Assembly: GCA_965240325.2 (NCBI GenBank)
Contig: OZ251241.1
Location: 310,001-374,000, forward strand
DNA: 64,000 nt
Source: Rebecca billardiae RCC1528
Taxonomy: Eukaryota; Protista; Haptophyta
Direction: 5' to 3'
How positions within the stretch are numbered: position 1 is the first letter of the stretch; each line of letters begins with the position of its first letter. Positions 55,348 through 64,000 of this stretch are shown here, one piece after another. The notes beneath the pieces are model-generated. The model saw only the letters and a program-made list of their open reading frames with translations, had not been told where the DNA came from and did no database searches. Position numbers and translations under genes: made by a program.

Positions 55348-58300
55348 ATGGCCGACGAGGTCGCGCAGCACGTCTTTGTGAAGCGCACGCGCCGCGGTAA
55401 GATCCGTCGCGTCGTGCGCGAGCACTACCTGCGCGACGACCTGCTCAGCGGCTCGCCGCACATCGACCCGTCGCACACGGACCCGCGCCTCTCGGCGGAC
55501 GCGCCGCGCTACATCGTGCCCGACGCCAACGTCGTGCTGCACCAGCTCGACGTGCTCGAGCACGCGGCGATGCAGGACGTGGTGCTGCTGCAGACGGTGC
55601 TCGCCGAGGTGCGCCACCGGCGCGTCGCGCTGTACAACCGCGCGCGCGCGCTCGCGGCGGACTCGAACCGGCGGGTGGTGGTGTTCTGCAACGAGCACCA
55701 CCGCGAGACGTACGTGTCGCGCGCGCTCGGCGAGTCGCCCAACGACCACAACGACCGCGCGATCCGCACGGCGGTCGAGTGGTACGCGCGGCAGCTGCGC
55801 GGCGTGTGCGAGGTGCTGCTGCTGACCAACGACGTGGACAACCTGCGCAAGGCGCGCGCCGCCGGGCTGGCGGCGCAGACCGTGCACGAGTACGTCCACG
55901 GCACGCTGGGCGCGAGCCACCCGGAGCTCGCCGACCGGCTCGCGGCGGCGGACGTGCATGCCGACGGCGGCGGCGGCGGCGGCGGCGGTGCGTCCGACGA
56001 GCCGCGCAGCAAGCGCGCGCGCGCCGGCGGCGCGGGCGGCGGCGGCGCGGGCGGCGCGCTGTTCGAGGAGCACCTCCCCATGCCCGAGCTCCGCCGCGGG
56101 CTCGCGGCCAAGCGGCTGCACCAGGGCCGGCTGCGCGTCAACCGGCACAACCCGCGCGAGGGCTACGTGGCGATCGGCGGCGAGCGCGGCGCGGAGGGCT
56201 CCGACGTGCTCATCAGCGGACGCGAGCTCCTCAACCGCGCGGTGAACGGCGACACGGTGGTGGTCGAGGTGCTGCCGCGCGAGCAGTGGACCTCCTCGCG
56301 CGCGCTCGCCGTGCGCGCCGACGCCGACGCCGCGGGCGCGGACGACGACGCCGCGCAGGTCGCGGAGGGCGGCGCGAACGCGCGCGTGTTTGCGTCGGAG
56401 GCGGGCGCGCCTTGGGATGAGGAGGAGGAGGGCGGCGCCGCGCACGGCGGCGGCGCGGCGGGCGGCGCGGTGCCCGCGGCGGCGGGCGCGCGGCCGTGCG
56501 CCCGCGTCGTCGGCATCGTCAAGCGCGCGTGGCGCGCGTGCGTCGGCGTGCTCGACTTCTCCACGCAGCGCGGCTCCAACTTTCTGTTCGAGCCGGTCGA
56601 CGTGGTGCTGCCGCGCGCGTCGCTCTCGACGCGCCAGCCGGACGTGCTGCAGAACATGCTGATCGTCGCGGTGTACGACGGGTGGGAGCGGCACCAGCGG
56701 TACCCCACCGCGCACTACGTGCGCACGATCGGCCCGGTGGGCACCAAGCAGGCCGAGTCCGCCGCCATCCTCTTCGAGCACGACGTGCCCGTGCGCCCCT
56801 TCTCTGCGCAGGTGCAGGCGTGCCTCCCGCGCAAGGGGTGGCGGATTCCGGAGGACGAGGTGGCGCGGAGGCTCGACCTGCGCGAGTCGTGCGCCGTGTG
56901 CTCGGTCGACCCGCCGGGCTGCGTCGACATCGACGACGCGCTGCACGTGCGCCCGCTGCCCAACGGCCGCGTCGAGGTCGGCGTGCACATCGCCGACGTC
57001 GGCCACTTCATCAAGGCGAACACGCCGATCGACGAGGAGGCGGCCGCGCGCGCGACGACCGTGTACCTGGTCGAGCAGCGCATCGACATGGTGCCCAAGC
57101 GGCTCGGCGAGGACCTGTGCTCGCTGCACGCGGGCGTCGACCGGCTCGCGTTCTCAGTGCTCTGGGAGATGGACCCGAGCACCGCCGAGGTGCTCTCCAC
57201 CCGCTTCGCCAAGTGCGTCATCCGCTCGCGCGCGGCGTTCTCGTACGCGGACGCGCAGGCGCTGATCGACGACGGCTCCAAGCAGGACGCGCTCGCCACC
57301 GGCCTGCGCACGCTCAACGGGCTGGCGAAGCTGCTCACGAAGCGGCGGCGCGAGCGCGGCGCGCTCGTGCTCGCCTCGCCCGAGGTGCGCTTCAAGCTCG
57401 ACTCCGAGTCCTCCGACCCCTCCGACGTCGGCGTGTACGAGCACAAGGAGACGAACGCGATGGTGGAGGAGTTCATGCTGCTCGCCAACACGAGCGTCGC
57501 GCGCCAGATCACCGACCATTACCCGCAGTTTGCCGTGCTGCGCCGGCACCCGCCGCCGCGGCCGGGCGCGTTCGACCCGATCCAGCGCGCGCTGCACACG
57601 CGCGGCCTCGCGCTGCGCGTCAGCACCTCGCGCGAGCTCGCCGCCTCCCTCGACGAGGCCCTCGACCCGGCGGACCCGTACTTCAACAAGCTCGTGCGCA
57701 TCCTCGCGACGCGCTCGATGCAGCAGGCGGAGTACCTGCGCGCGGGCAGCATGCCGCCCACCGAGTACTGGCACTACGGCCTCGCGGCGGAGATCTACAC
57801 GCACTTCACCTCGCCCATCCGCCGGTACGCCGACCAGCTCGTCCACCGCCTCCTCGCCGCCACGCTCGGCCTCGAGACCCTCGACCCCGAGCTGCTGCAG
57901 CCCGAGCGGCTCGAGGCGCTCGTCGAGAACATGAACCGGAGGCACGTGAGCGCGCAGCACGCGGGGCGCGCGTCCGTCGGCGTGCACACGCTCTTCTTCT
58001 TCCGCGAGCGCAGCGTCGTCGAGGCCGGGTACGTGATCAAGGTCCGGCAGAACGGCGTGGTCGTGCTCGTGCCGCGCTACGGGATCGAGGTGCGCGCGCC
58101 GCGCGCGCGCCGCGCGCGCGCTTGCACGCGCGGCGCGCGCCCACCGCGACGCACCCGCTCCCTCGCGCGCCGCGCACACGTGCAGGCCATCGTCCGGCTG
58201 GGCGGCGGCACCACCGCCTCGCAGTACGTCTACTCCGAGGAGGCGTGCACGCTGCGCACGCCGGGCGGCACGCTGCGCGTCTTTCAGAAGGTCGAGGTGA

Positions 58301-58374
58301 GCATCGCGGTCGACATGAGCAAGCCACACCGGCCTAGACTCGCGGTCGCGCTCACCCGCCCCAAGATTGTCTGA
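55348..58374 (+). CDS. DIS3: Exosome catalytic subunit DIS3/RRP44 (PIN plus RNB), probable in-frame intron 58090-58185
   Basis: VFVKRTRRGKIRRVVREHYLRDD, PDANVVLHQLD, ESPNDHNDRAIR, SVDPPGCVDIDDALH, VEEFMLLAN, HYGLAAEIYTHFTSPIRRYAD. Confidence 0.95.
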   Translation: MADEVAQHVFVKRTRRGKIRRVVREHYLRDDLLSGSPHIDPSHTDPRLSADAPRYIVPDANVVLHQLDVLEHAAMQDVVLLQTVLAEVRHRRVALYNRARALAADSNRRVVVFCNEHHRETYVSRALGESPNDHNDRAIRTAVEWYARQLRGVCEVLLLTNDVDNLRKARAAGLAAQTVHEYVHGTLGASHPELADRLAAADVHADGGGGGGGGASDEPRSKRARAGGAGGGGAGGALFEEHLPMPELRRGLAAKRLHQGRLRVNRHNPREGYVAIGGERGAEGSDVLISGRELLNRAVNGDTVVVEVLPREQWTSSRALAVRADADAAGADDDAAQVAEGGANARVFASEAGAPWDEEEEGGAAHGGGAAGGAVPAAAGARPCARVVGIVKRAWRACVGVLDFSTQRGSNFLFEPVDVVLPRASLSTRQPDVLQNMLIVAVYDGWERHQRYPTAHYVRTIGPVGTKQAESAAILFEHDVPVRPFSAQVQACLPRKGWRIPEDEVARRLDLRESCAVCSVDPPGCVDIDDALHVRPLPNGRVEVGVHIADVGHFIKANTPIDEEAAARATTVYLVEQRIDMVPKRLGEDLCSLHAGVDRLAFSVLWEMDPSTAEVLSTRFAKCVIRSRAAFSYADAQALIDDGSKQDALATGLRTLNGLAKLLTKRRRERGALVLASPEVRFKLDSESSDPSDVGVYEHKETNAMVEEFMLLANTSVARQITDHYPQFAVLRRHPPPRPGAFDPIQRALHTRGLALRVSTSRELAASLDEALDPADPYFNKLVRILATRSMQQAEYLRAGSMPPTEYWHYGLAAEIYTHFTSPIRRYADQLVHRLLAATLGLETLDPELLQPERLEALVENMNRRHVSAQHAGRASVGVHTLFFFRERSVVEAGYVIKVRQNGVVVLVPRYGIEVRAPRARRARACTRGARPPRRTRSLARRAHVQAIVRLGGGTTASQYVYSEEACTLRTPGGTLRVFQKVEVSIAVDMSKPHRPRLAVALTRPKIV

Positions 58375-58831
58375 CGACTCTGACGCGCGAACGGCCCGAG
58401 AGGGCTCGTCACTCAGGGTCAGGCAGTGAGGCAGGTCGACGGCGACCGACTGCACCTTTGCGACTCGGGTGTGCCAGCAGCAGTGAGATTGACGATATAT
58501 TGGGTGACCGGGCGCCGTTAGTGCCTTCGGATAACGTGCATAGCCATATTCAGATATTGGCCGCGCCGGCGGCGTGACGCGCAGTCACGGACGGGCCTCG
58601 CGGCTCGGACTCGGAGCCTGGCACGCGCAACATACCGCGCCTCAGTCTGTCGTCGTCGCAGCGTCGCTGAACGATTAGGCGACTGTTCTTGTCACAGACA
58701 GCAAGACCAAGTACTCAGTACTGTATGTACAGTGTACACGTAAGCTACTAACCTAAGTCTGAGTACTGTGTGCAGTCGTCGTTTGCGGTTCCGCGAATCC
58801 GCGCCGCGGATTCTTGCGTCGTGTGGCATCC

Positions 58832-59860
58832 ATGATGGGCATGTTGAGCCTTGCAGCCGCGGTGGCAGCATGCGCCGCGGCCTTCTCGACCGCCATCCCA
58901 GACGTTGTGCTCAACACGGGCCAGCGCATGCCCCTCGTCGGCCTCGGAACGTCGAGCCTCGGCCTGAGCTGCAGGTGGTGCGACAAGCAGGTGGGCAGGG
59001 CGGTGCGCGCGGCGCTGCGCAGCGGCTGCCGGCATATCGACACGGCCGCACTCTACAAGAACGAGCAGCAGATCGGCAAGGCCATTCGAGCGGCTGTCCG
59101 CGCGGGCACCGTGCGCAGCCGCGCGGAGCTCTTCATCGCGACCAAGCTGGAGGGTAGCATGCACGGCCGCGTGCACGAGGCTTTCAACGCCTCGCTCCGG
59201 CAGCTCGGTCTTGGATATGTCGACTTGTACCTCGTGCACATGCCACCCGAGCTCACGCACGAGCGCATGGCGCCCCCGCCCATGAGCACGACGTGGGCGC
59301 AGATGGAGGCCGTGCACGCCACAGGCCGCGCGCGTGCAATCGGAGTTGCGAATTTCTCGCCGAATAGGCTCGAGCGCCTGCTTGCAAGCGCGCGCGTGGT
59401 GCCTGCTGTGAACCAGGTGGAGCTGCACCCGCTCTGGCGGAACGATGCACTCGTGGCGTATGCGCGGCGGAAAGGGATCCAGCTGACCGCCTATGCGCCG
59501 CTGGGCGCAGCGAGCGCCGCCGCGCACGCGGAGGCTCCCTTCAAGAGCGCGGGTGGCTCTCTGCGGCACCACCCGACCGTTGTCCGGATTGCAGAGCGGC
59601 TCGGCCGGACGCCGTCGCAGGTGCTGCTACGCTGGGGCTTGCAGCGCAACACGTCCGTCATCTTTGGCTCGCTGAGTCCGGAGCACATCCGCGAGAACCT
59701 TGCCCTTGCCGGCTGGGTGCTAGGAGAAGATGACATGCGCGCCCTCTCGACGCTGCCAGACAAGCAGCGCCGCCTGTACGACTTTGCGTGGGTGCTGGGG
59801 CGGAGGCCCAAAGCCCCGCCGCCCACCGCTGCTGAGTTGAGGCGCTTGTGGGACGAGTAA
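58832..59860 (+). CDS. Aldo-keto reductase with N-terminal signal peptide
   Basis: LNTGQRMPLVGLGT, HIDTAALYKNE, FIATKL, YVDLYLVH, RAIGVANF, PAVNQVELHP, TPSQVLLRWGLQR. Confidence 0.92.
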   Translation: MMGMLSLAAAVAACAAAFSTAIPDVVLNTGQRMPLVGLGTSSLGLSCRWCDKQVGRAVRAALRSGCRHIDTAALYKNEQQIGKAIRAAVRAGTVRSRAELFIATKLEGSMHGRVHEAFNASLRQLGLGYVDLYLVHMPPELTHERMAPPPMSTTWAQMEAVHATGRARAIGVANFSPNRLERLLASARVVPAVNQVELHPLWRNDALVAYARRKGIQLTAYAPLGAASAAAHAEAPFKSAGGSLRHHPTVVRIAERLGRTPSQVLLRWGLQRNTSVIFGSLSPEHIRENLALAGWVLGEDDMRALSTLPDKQRRLYDFAWVLGRRPKAPPPTAAELRRLWDE

Positions 59861-60181
59861 GGAACGCACCGACGTGCTGGCAGATGAGTGCGCGTGCGCC
59901 TATTCCTCGCTGCACGCTGTGCAGTATAGGACGCCGAGGAGACGACGAGCTAGTAAGTGATGAGAGTCAGAGACATCAGAGTAGCGGCAGCCGCGCACGT
60001 CGACGAGGTCGCCGTCGGCGTCAGGCGCGGCACGGCATCCCGCCGGGGGCTCATCCGCCCGCCCGCCGCGGATGCGCTGAATGAGCAATTGACGACGGAG
60101 CGGCGGCTATATATATATTATATATCATAGTGCGGCGGACCGCCGCAGCCCGCGCAGGTATTGTCGTCATCAATATCAATA

Positions 60182-62944
60182 TCAAGGCTGAAGGCGAGCA
60201 AGCTGTCCCCACGTGGCCCCCGCGCGCACGGTGACCGGCAGGCGCGCGCCGAGGTGCAAGGCGGCATCGGGGCCATCGAGCGTGACCCGCTCCATCGCGT
60301 CGAGCACGAGCGGTGCTGCGCGCTGCAGGTCGGCCGCGCAGTCGAGCTCGACGAGGAGCTCGTCGTGGATCTGCGCGACGAGGCGCACGCGGCCGCACAG
60401 CGCCGCTTCGCGCAGAGCGCGCTCGGCCAGCACCATCGCCGACTTGACGACGTCTGCCGCCGTGCCCTGGATGACCGAGTTGAGGCACTGCCGCTCGGCG
60501 CGCGCGCGCTCCTCTGCGCTCGCCGAGCGCACGGCTGGCAGCAGCCTGCGCCGCCCGCCGCGCGTCGTCACGAAGCCGTGCGCGCGCGCGCCCGCCTTGA
60601 CGCTCTCGATGAACGCACGCAGCGAGCCAAAGCGGCGGAGCACGTCCTCTCGCAGCCTCGCCGCGGACGCCGGCGTCACGTGCAGCTCGGCGGCCAGCCG
60701 CTCGTTGCCGAGGCCGTACAGCAGCCCGTAAATCAGCCGCTTGACCGTACCGCGCTCCGTGTCGCTCACGTCCGCGGCGCAGCGCTTGCCGAGCACGCGC
60801 GCGCCGATCGAGCGGAAGAGGTCGCCGCCCGCGCCGAGCTCGCGCAGCAATGTCGCGTCGCGCGAGAGGTGCGCGAGCAGCCGCACCTCGAGCTGCGCGT
60901 AGTCGAACGCGGCGAGCGCGCCGCCGGCCGTGGGCGCGACGAACGCGTCGCGCACGCTGAGCGGGCCTGCGCCATCGCCCAGCTCGTACACGATCGCGGA
61001 CACGTTCTGCACGTTCGGGTTGGACGACGCGAGGCGGCCGGTGGCGACGCCGATCGCGCTCCAGCGGGAGCGCAGCCGCGTGACGCCGCCGCCGCCACCG
61101 ACCGTCTCCGCCTCGGCGAACGCGACCAGCGGGTCGATGTACGTGCTCTTCAGCTTGGCGCACGTACGGAAGGCGAGGACGGTCTCCACGAACGCGAGCT
61201 GGCGCGAGCGCTCGTCCTCGCCGCCGGCCGGAGGCGCGGCGGCGGCGAGCTGCGCACGCAGCGACTCCGCGAGCGCGCGCAGCTGCGGCTCGCCCGTCGA
61301 GCGCGGAGGCGCGGCGCGCCCGCCCGCAGCGCGCGCGCCCGGCGGCGCCAGTCGGAACTCGTTGTACAGCACGACGGCGAGCTGGCTCGGGGACGCGAGG
61401 TTGAGCTCCTTGCTGCGCGCGAGCGCGCGCGCGCGCGCCGTGTGCTCGTGCAGCCTCGCGTCTGCGCTGGCGGCGGCGGCGGCGAGGCTGCGCGCGTCGA
61501 GGCACATGCCGCGCAGCTCGAGCGAGGCGAGGAGCGGCGCGCACGCCATCTCACGCGCGACGATGCCGCGCACCAGCCTCGCGTCGCCCGCGCGCGAGGC
61601 GAGCAGCTGCGCGTACAACAGGTCGCACATTTGCCAGACGTCAGCGCACGTGGGCTCTGCACCGGCGGGCGCGGCAGGCGCGGTGGCGGCGGAGGACGGG
61701 CAATGGCGGCGCCAGAGCTCGGCGAGCGAGTCGGTGGCGTGGTCCGGGTCGAGCAGCCAGCCGAGCACGAGCGGGTCGAGCACGCTGCGCGTGTCGAGCG
61801 CATGCGCCGGCAGCGCAGGCCGCAGCCCCTCGCTGCTGAGCAGCGCGCGCATGCCCGCCTGGCACGCGGGCCAGAGTTTCATAGCACCGCCGAGCAGGAC
61901 GTCGCGGACGAGGGCCCATGAGCGCGCGACGAGCCCAGCGGCATCGCCGGGCGCGTGCTCCGCCACGCTCGCCACGCCGAGCGCGAGGAACGCCTGCATG
62001 CTCCCGCCGCCACGGCCGTCCGCGCCGGCCGTCGAGTGTGCAAAGAGGGAGACGCCGAGCAGCGCGCCATCGCTCGCGCCGGAGGCGCCGCCGCCTGCGC
62101 TCGGCGGCGCGACATGCACGCGCAAGACGACGGCCTGCTGGGCTGGCCAGCCCGATACCTCGGCCTCGCGAAGCGCCGCGGCCGACATGAGTGGCGCGTC
62201 GGGCTCGGCAGCGCCAGCAGTGCCGACGGAGAGCGCTCGTGGCTTCTTGGGCGCAGGCCCCGCAGAGGGCTGCGAAGCCGGCCTTGCCGCCGCCGCCGCC
62301 ATGAGCGCGTCGGTGCACGAGCGCTCGGGCGGGGCAACGGCAGCACGAGTGCCCGCGACCCGCGCCTCGCCGACTGCGCGCTGCGTGTGCTCCGCGGAGC
62401 GCTGCGAGGCGCTTGCGCGCGCGTGCTCAGCTTGCGGCGGTGTGCTCGCACACCAGCCGTCCAGCGGTCCGTCGAAGAGCTCCGGCGGACCGGGCGCCGG
62501 CAGAAGTGCGTGGTGTGGCGTACATATGCGTGCGTGCGACGCAGCAGCCGGCACCGCGGCGGCACTCCTGTGGCTTGCATCCGCGCTTGCGCACATCGGC
62601 GCCGTCGAGGCGTCGGCCGATCGCATCGCATGCAGCCGCGCGCTGGCCGCAGGAAGTGCGGGAGGAGCGCTCTCGTCGACCGGGCGCAGGAAGCGTACGA
62701 AGTTGTGGCCGTGGCGGCTGATCAGCTCGAACGGCACGGGCGGCGGCCGTGGCGCGTACCGGAGCAGCGCGCCCTCACCCGTCGCGTGCGTCATGAGCAC
62801 CGGTGGCGCTCGCGTTGGGCCAACCGTGGTTACCGTGCGACCCACGCTCCTGGCGCAGACGCGCAGTCCTTGGTGAACGACTGACTCGTGAGTCGTCAGT
62901 CCGGGTGCAGAGCTACCTCGGGCGGTCCGGTGCCTCCGGAACAT
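60182..62944 (-). CDS. Family A DNA polymerase, Pol theta/nu-like, no helicase domain
   Basis: ATGRLASSNPNVQNV; motif A FDYAQLEVRLLAHLSRD; motif B RGTVKRLIYGLLYGLG; ERQCLNSVIQGTAAD; motif C QIHDEL. Start uncertain (62944 or 62794). Confidence 0.85.
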   Translation of the reverse strand: MFRRHRTARGSSAPGLTTHESVVHQGLRVCARSVGRTVTTVGPTRAPPVLMTHATGEGALLRYAPRPPPVPFELISRHGHNFVRFLRPVDESAPPALPAASARLHAMRSADASTAPMCASADASHRSAAAVPAAASHARICTPHHALLPAPGPPELFDGPLDGWCASTPPQAEHARASASQRSAEHTQRAVGEARVAGTRAAVAPPERSCTDALMAAAAARPASQPSAGPAPKKPRALSVGTAGAAEPDAPLMSAAALREAEVSGWPAQQAVVLRVHVAPPSAGGGASGASDGALLGVSLFAHSTAGADGRGGGSMQAFLALGVASVAEHAPGDAAGLVARSWALVRDVLLGGAMKLWPACQAGMRALLSSEGLRPALPAHALDTRSVLDPLVLGWLLDPDHATDSLAELWRRHCPSSAATAPAAPAGAEPTCADVWQMCDLLYAQLLASRAGDARLVRGIVAREMACAPLLASLELRGMCLDARSLAAAAASADARLHEHTARARALARSKELNLASPSQLAVVLYNEFRLAPPGARAAGGRAAPPRSTGEPQLRALAESLRAQLAAAAPPAGGEDERSRQLAFVETVLAFRTCAKLKSTYIDPLVAFAEAETVGGGGGVTRLRSRWSAIGVATGRLASSNPNVQNVSAIVYELGDGAGPLSVRDAFVAPTAGGALAAFDYAQLEVRLLAHLSRDATLLRELGAGGDLFRSIGARVLGKRCAADVSDTERGTVKRLIYGLLYGLGNERLAAELHVTPASAARLREDVLRRFGSLRAFIESVKAGARAHGFVTTRGGRRRLLPAVRSASAEERARAERQCLNSVIQGTAADVVKSAMVLAERALREAALCGRVRLVAQIHDELLVELDCAADLQRAAPLVLDAMERVTLDGPDAALHLGARLPVTVRAGATWGQLARLQP

Positions 62945-63024
62945 CAATAACCTTCGCGCGGATTCTCCCGTTCTTGGCCAGCAGATCCATCCCGTCCTTG
63001 CGCGCAGCGCCAACCCCCGGCGAC

Positions 63025-64000
63025 ATGTCGCATCTTCGCGGCCTTCTGCGCGGAGCGGGGCTCGTCGCGGAGCAGCTGCGGCAGCAGGCGGCGCCCGAGC
63101 TACGAAACGCAGCGCTTCTGGCCTCTCAGCGCGCCGTACCGCGCTCGACTCCCGGGTCGGTGCCCAGCGCAGATGCTGACAGCGGCGCGGCTGCCAAGCG
63201 CCGCGCGACGGACTCAGTGCGCGCACCCGCGGCGGAATCGGCGCACGCGCAGCCGTCCGTGGTCGCAGCAGAGGCGCCAGTTGCCGACCCGCAGCCTGCA
63301 CCACCGCCGCCCGCCGCGCCGGCAGCCGACGAGGAGCCGGAGCAGCCGCAGCGGCTGCACACGTCGGCGTCCGACGCTGCAGATTCGCCCAGGCTCGTCG
63401 TGAGCGAGGCGGTGCCCGCGAGCTCGTTCGCGCGGGCGTTCGAGTTTGGAAAGCTGGGCGCCTCGGTGATGTTCTCCGGCGCGCGCGAGGTCACGCGCCG
63501 CCGCCTCGCCAAGCTGACCGGCAGCTCGGACGGCGCGGACGAGGCGACGCGCACCGCGTTTGTGAACGAGGAGAATGCGGAGCGGATGGCGTCGACGCTG
63601 ACCAAGCTGCGCGGCGCGGCGCTGAAGCTGGGGCAGATCCTGTCGCTGCAGGACGACGCGGCCGTTCCGCCGCAGCTCCAGGCCGTCTTCAACCGCGTGC
63701 GCGCCTCCGCGCACATCATGCCCCCCGAGCAGCTGCACAGCACGCTGCACGCGGAGCTGGGCGAGGACTGGCGCTCGCGCGTGCGCTCGTTCGCCGAGGC
63801 GCCGATCGCGTCGGCGTCGATCGGGCAGGTGCACCGCGCGGTGCTGCCGGACGGCCGGCTGTGCGCGCTCAAGGTGCAGTACCCGGGCGTCGCCACCTCC
63901 GTCGAGTCCGACCTGGCCAACCTGAAGCGGCTGGCGACGTACACGGGCGCGCTGCCCAAGCGCATGTTTGTCGACAACATCATCGCGTCTGCGCGCGACG
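63025..64000 (+). CDS. COQ8: Atypical kinase COQ8/ABC1 (mitochondrial), 3' partial
   Basis: Absent from the ORF track because it runs off the window. MSHLRGLLRGAGLVAE...NAERMASTLTKLRGAALKLGQILSLQD (KxGQ)...PIASASIGQVHRA...KVQYPGVATSVESDL. Confidence 0.9.
   Translation, partial: MSHLRGLLRGAGLVAEQLRQQAAPELRNAALLASQRAVPRSTPGSVPSADADSGAAAKRRATDSVRAPAAESAHAQPSVVAAEAPVADPQPAPPPPAAPAADEEPEQPQRLHTSASDAADSPRLVVSEAVPASSFARAFEFGKLGASVMFSGAREVTRRRLAKLTGSSDGADEATRTAFVNEENAERMASTLTKLRGAALKLGQILSLQDDAAVPPQLQAVFNRVRASAHIMPPEQLHSTLHAELGEDWRSRVRSFAEAPIASASIGQVHRAVLPDGRLCALKVQYPGVATSVESDLANLKRLATYTGALPKRMFVDNIIASARD

Overview
GC-rich, gene-dense eukaryotic nuclear DNA. Bipartite signal-plus-transit peptides (one with ASAF) and short GC-rich GTGCGC...GCAG introns suggest an alga with a red-derived complex plastid, most plausibly a haptophyte (inference). 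About 25 protein genes are present, mostly in tight head-to-head pairs. Recognisable ones: a mitochondrial ATP synthase 6-kDa (i/j-like) subunit, a RAP-domain protein, a lipocalin, plastid rps21, Mpv17/PMP22, two 2OG-Fe(II) oxygenases, an amino-acid transporter, a DNAJC9-like J protein, acetylornithine aminotransferase, DIS3/RRP44, an aldo-keto reductase, a helicase-less Pol theta/nu-like family A polymerase and COQ8. AT-richer spacers hold transposon debris. The most striking non-coding signal is three foldback elements (22520-23626, 25819-26719, 53861-54968) with 370-400 bp inverted arms and a shared CAAGGG-N4-5-AAGGG terminus. Two of them have almost identical geometry, 6-7 bp target duplications, and sit inside divergent promoters. 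Also present: two TA-flanked Tc1/mariner-type non-autonomous elements, an 896-bp near-perfect inverted duplication 8 kb apart, and several palindromes and microsatellites. No CRISPR array, rRNA or tRNA was recognised. All family calls come from motif recognition by eye, not database searches.
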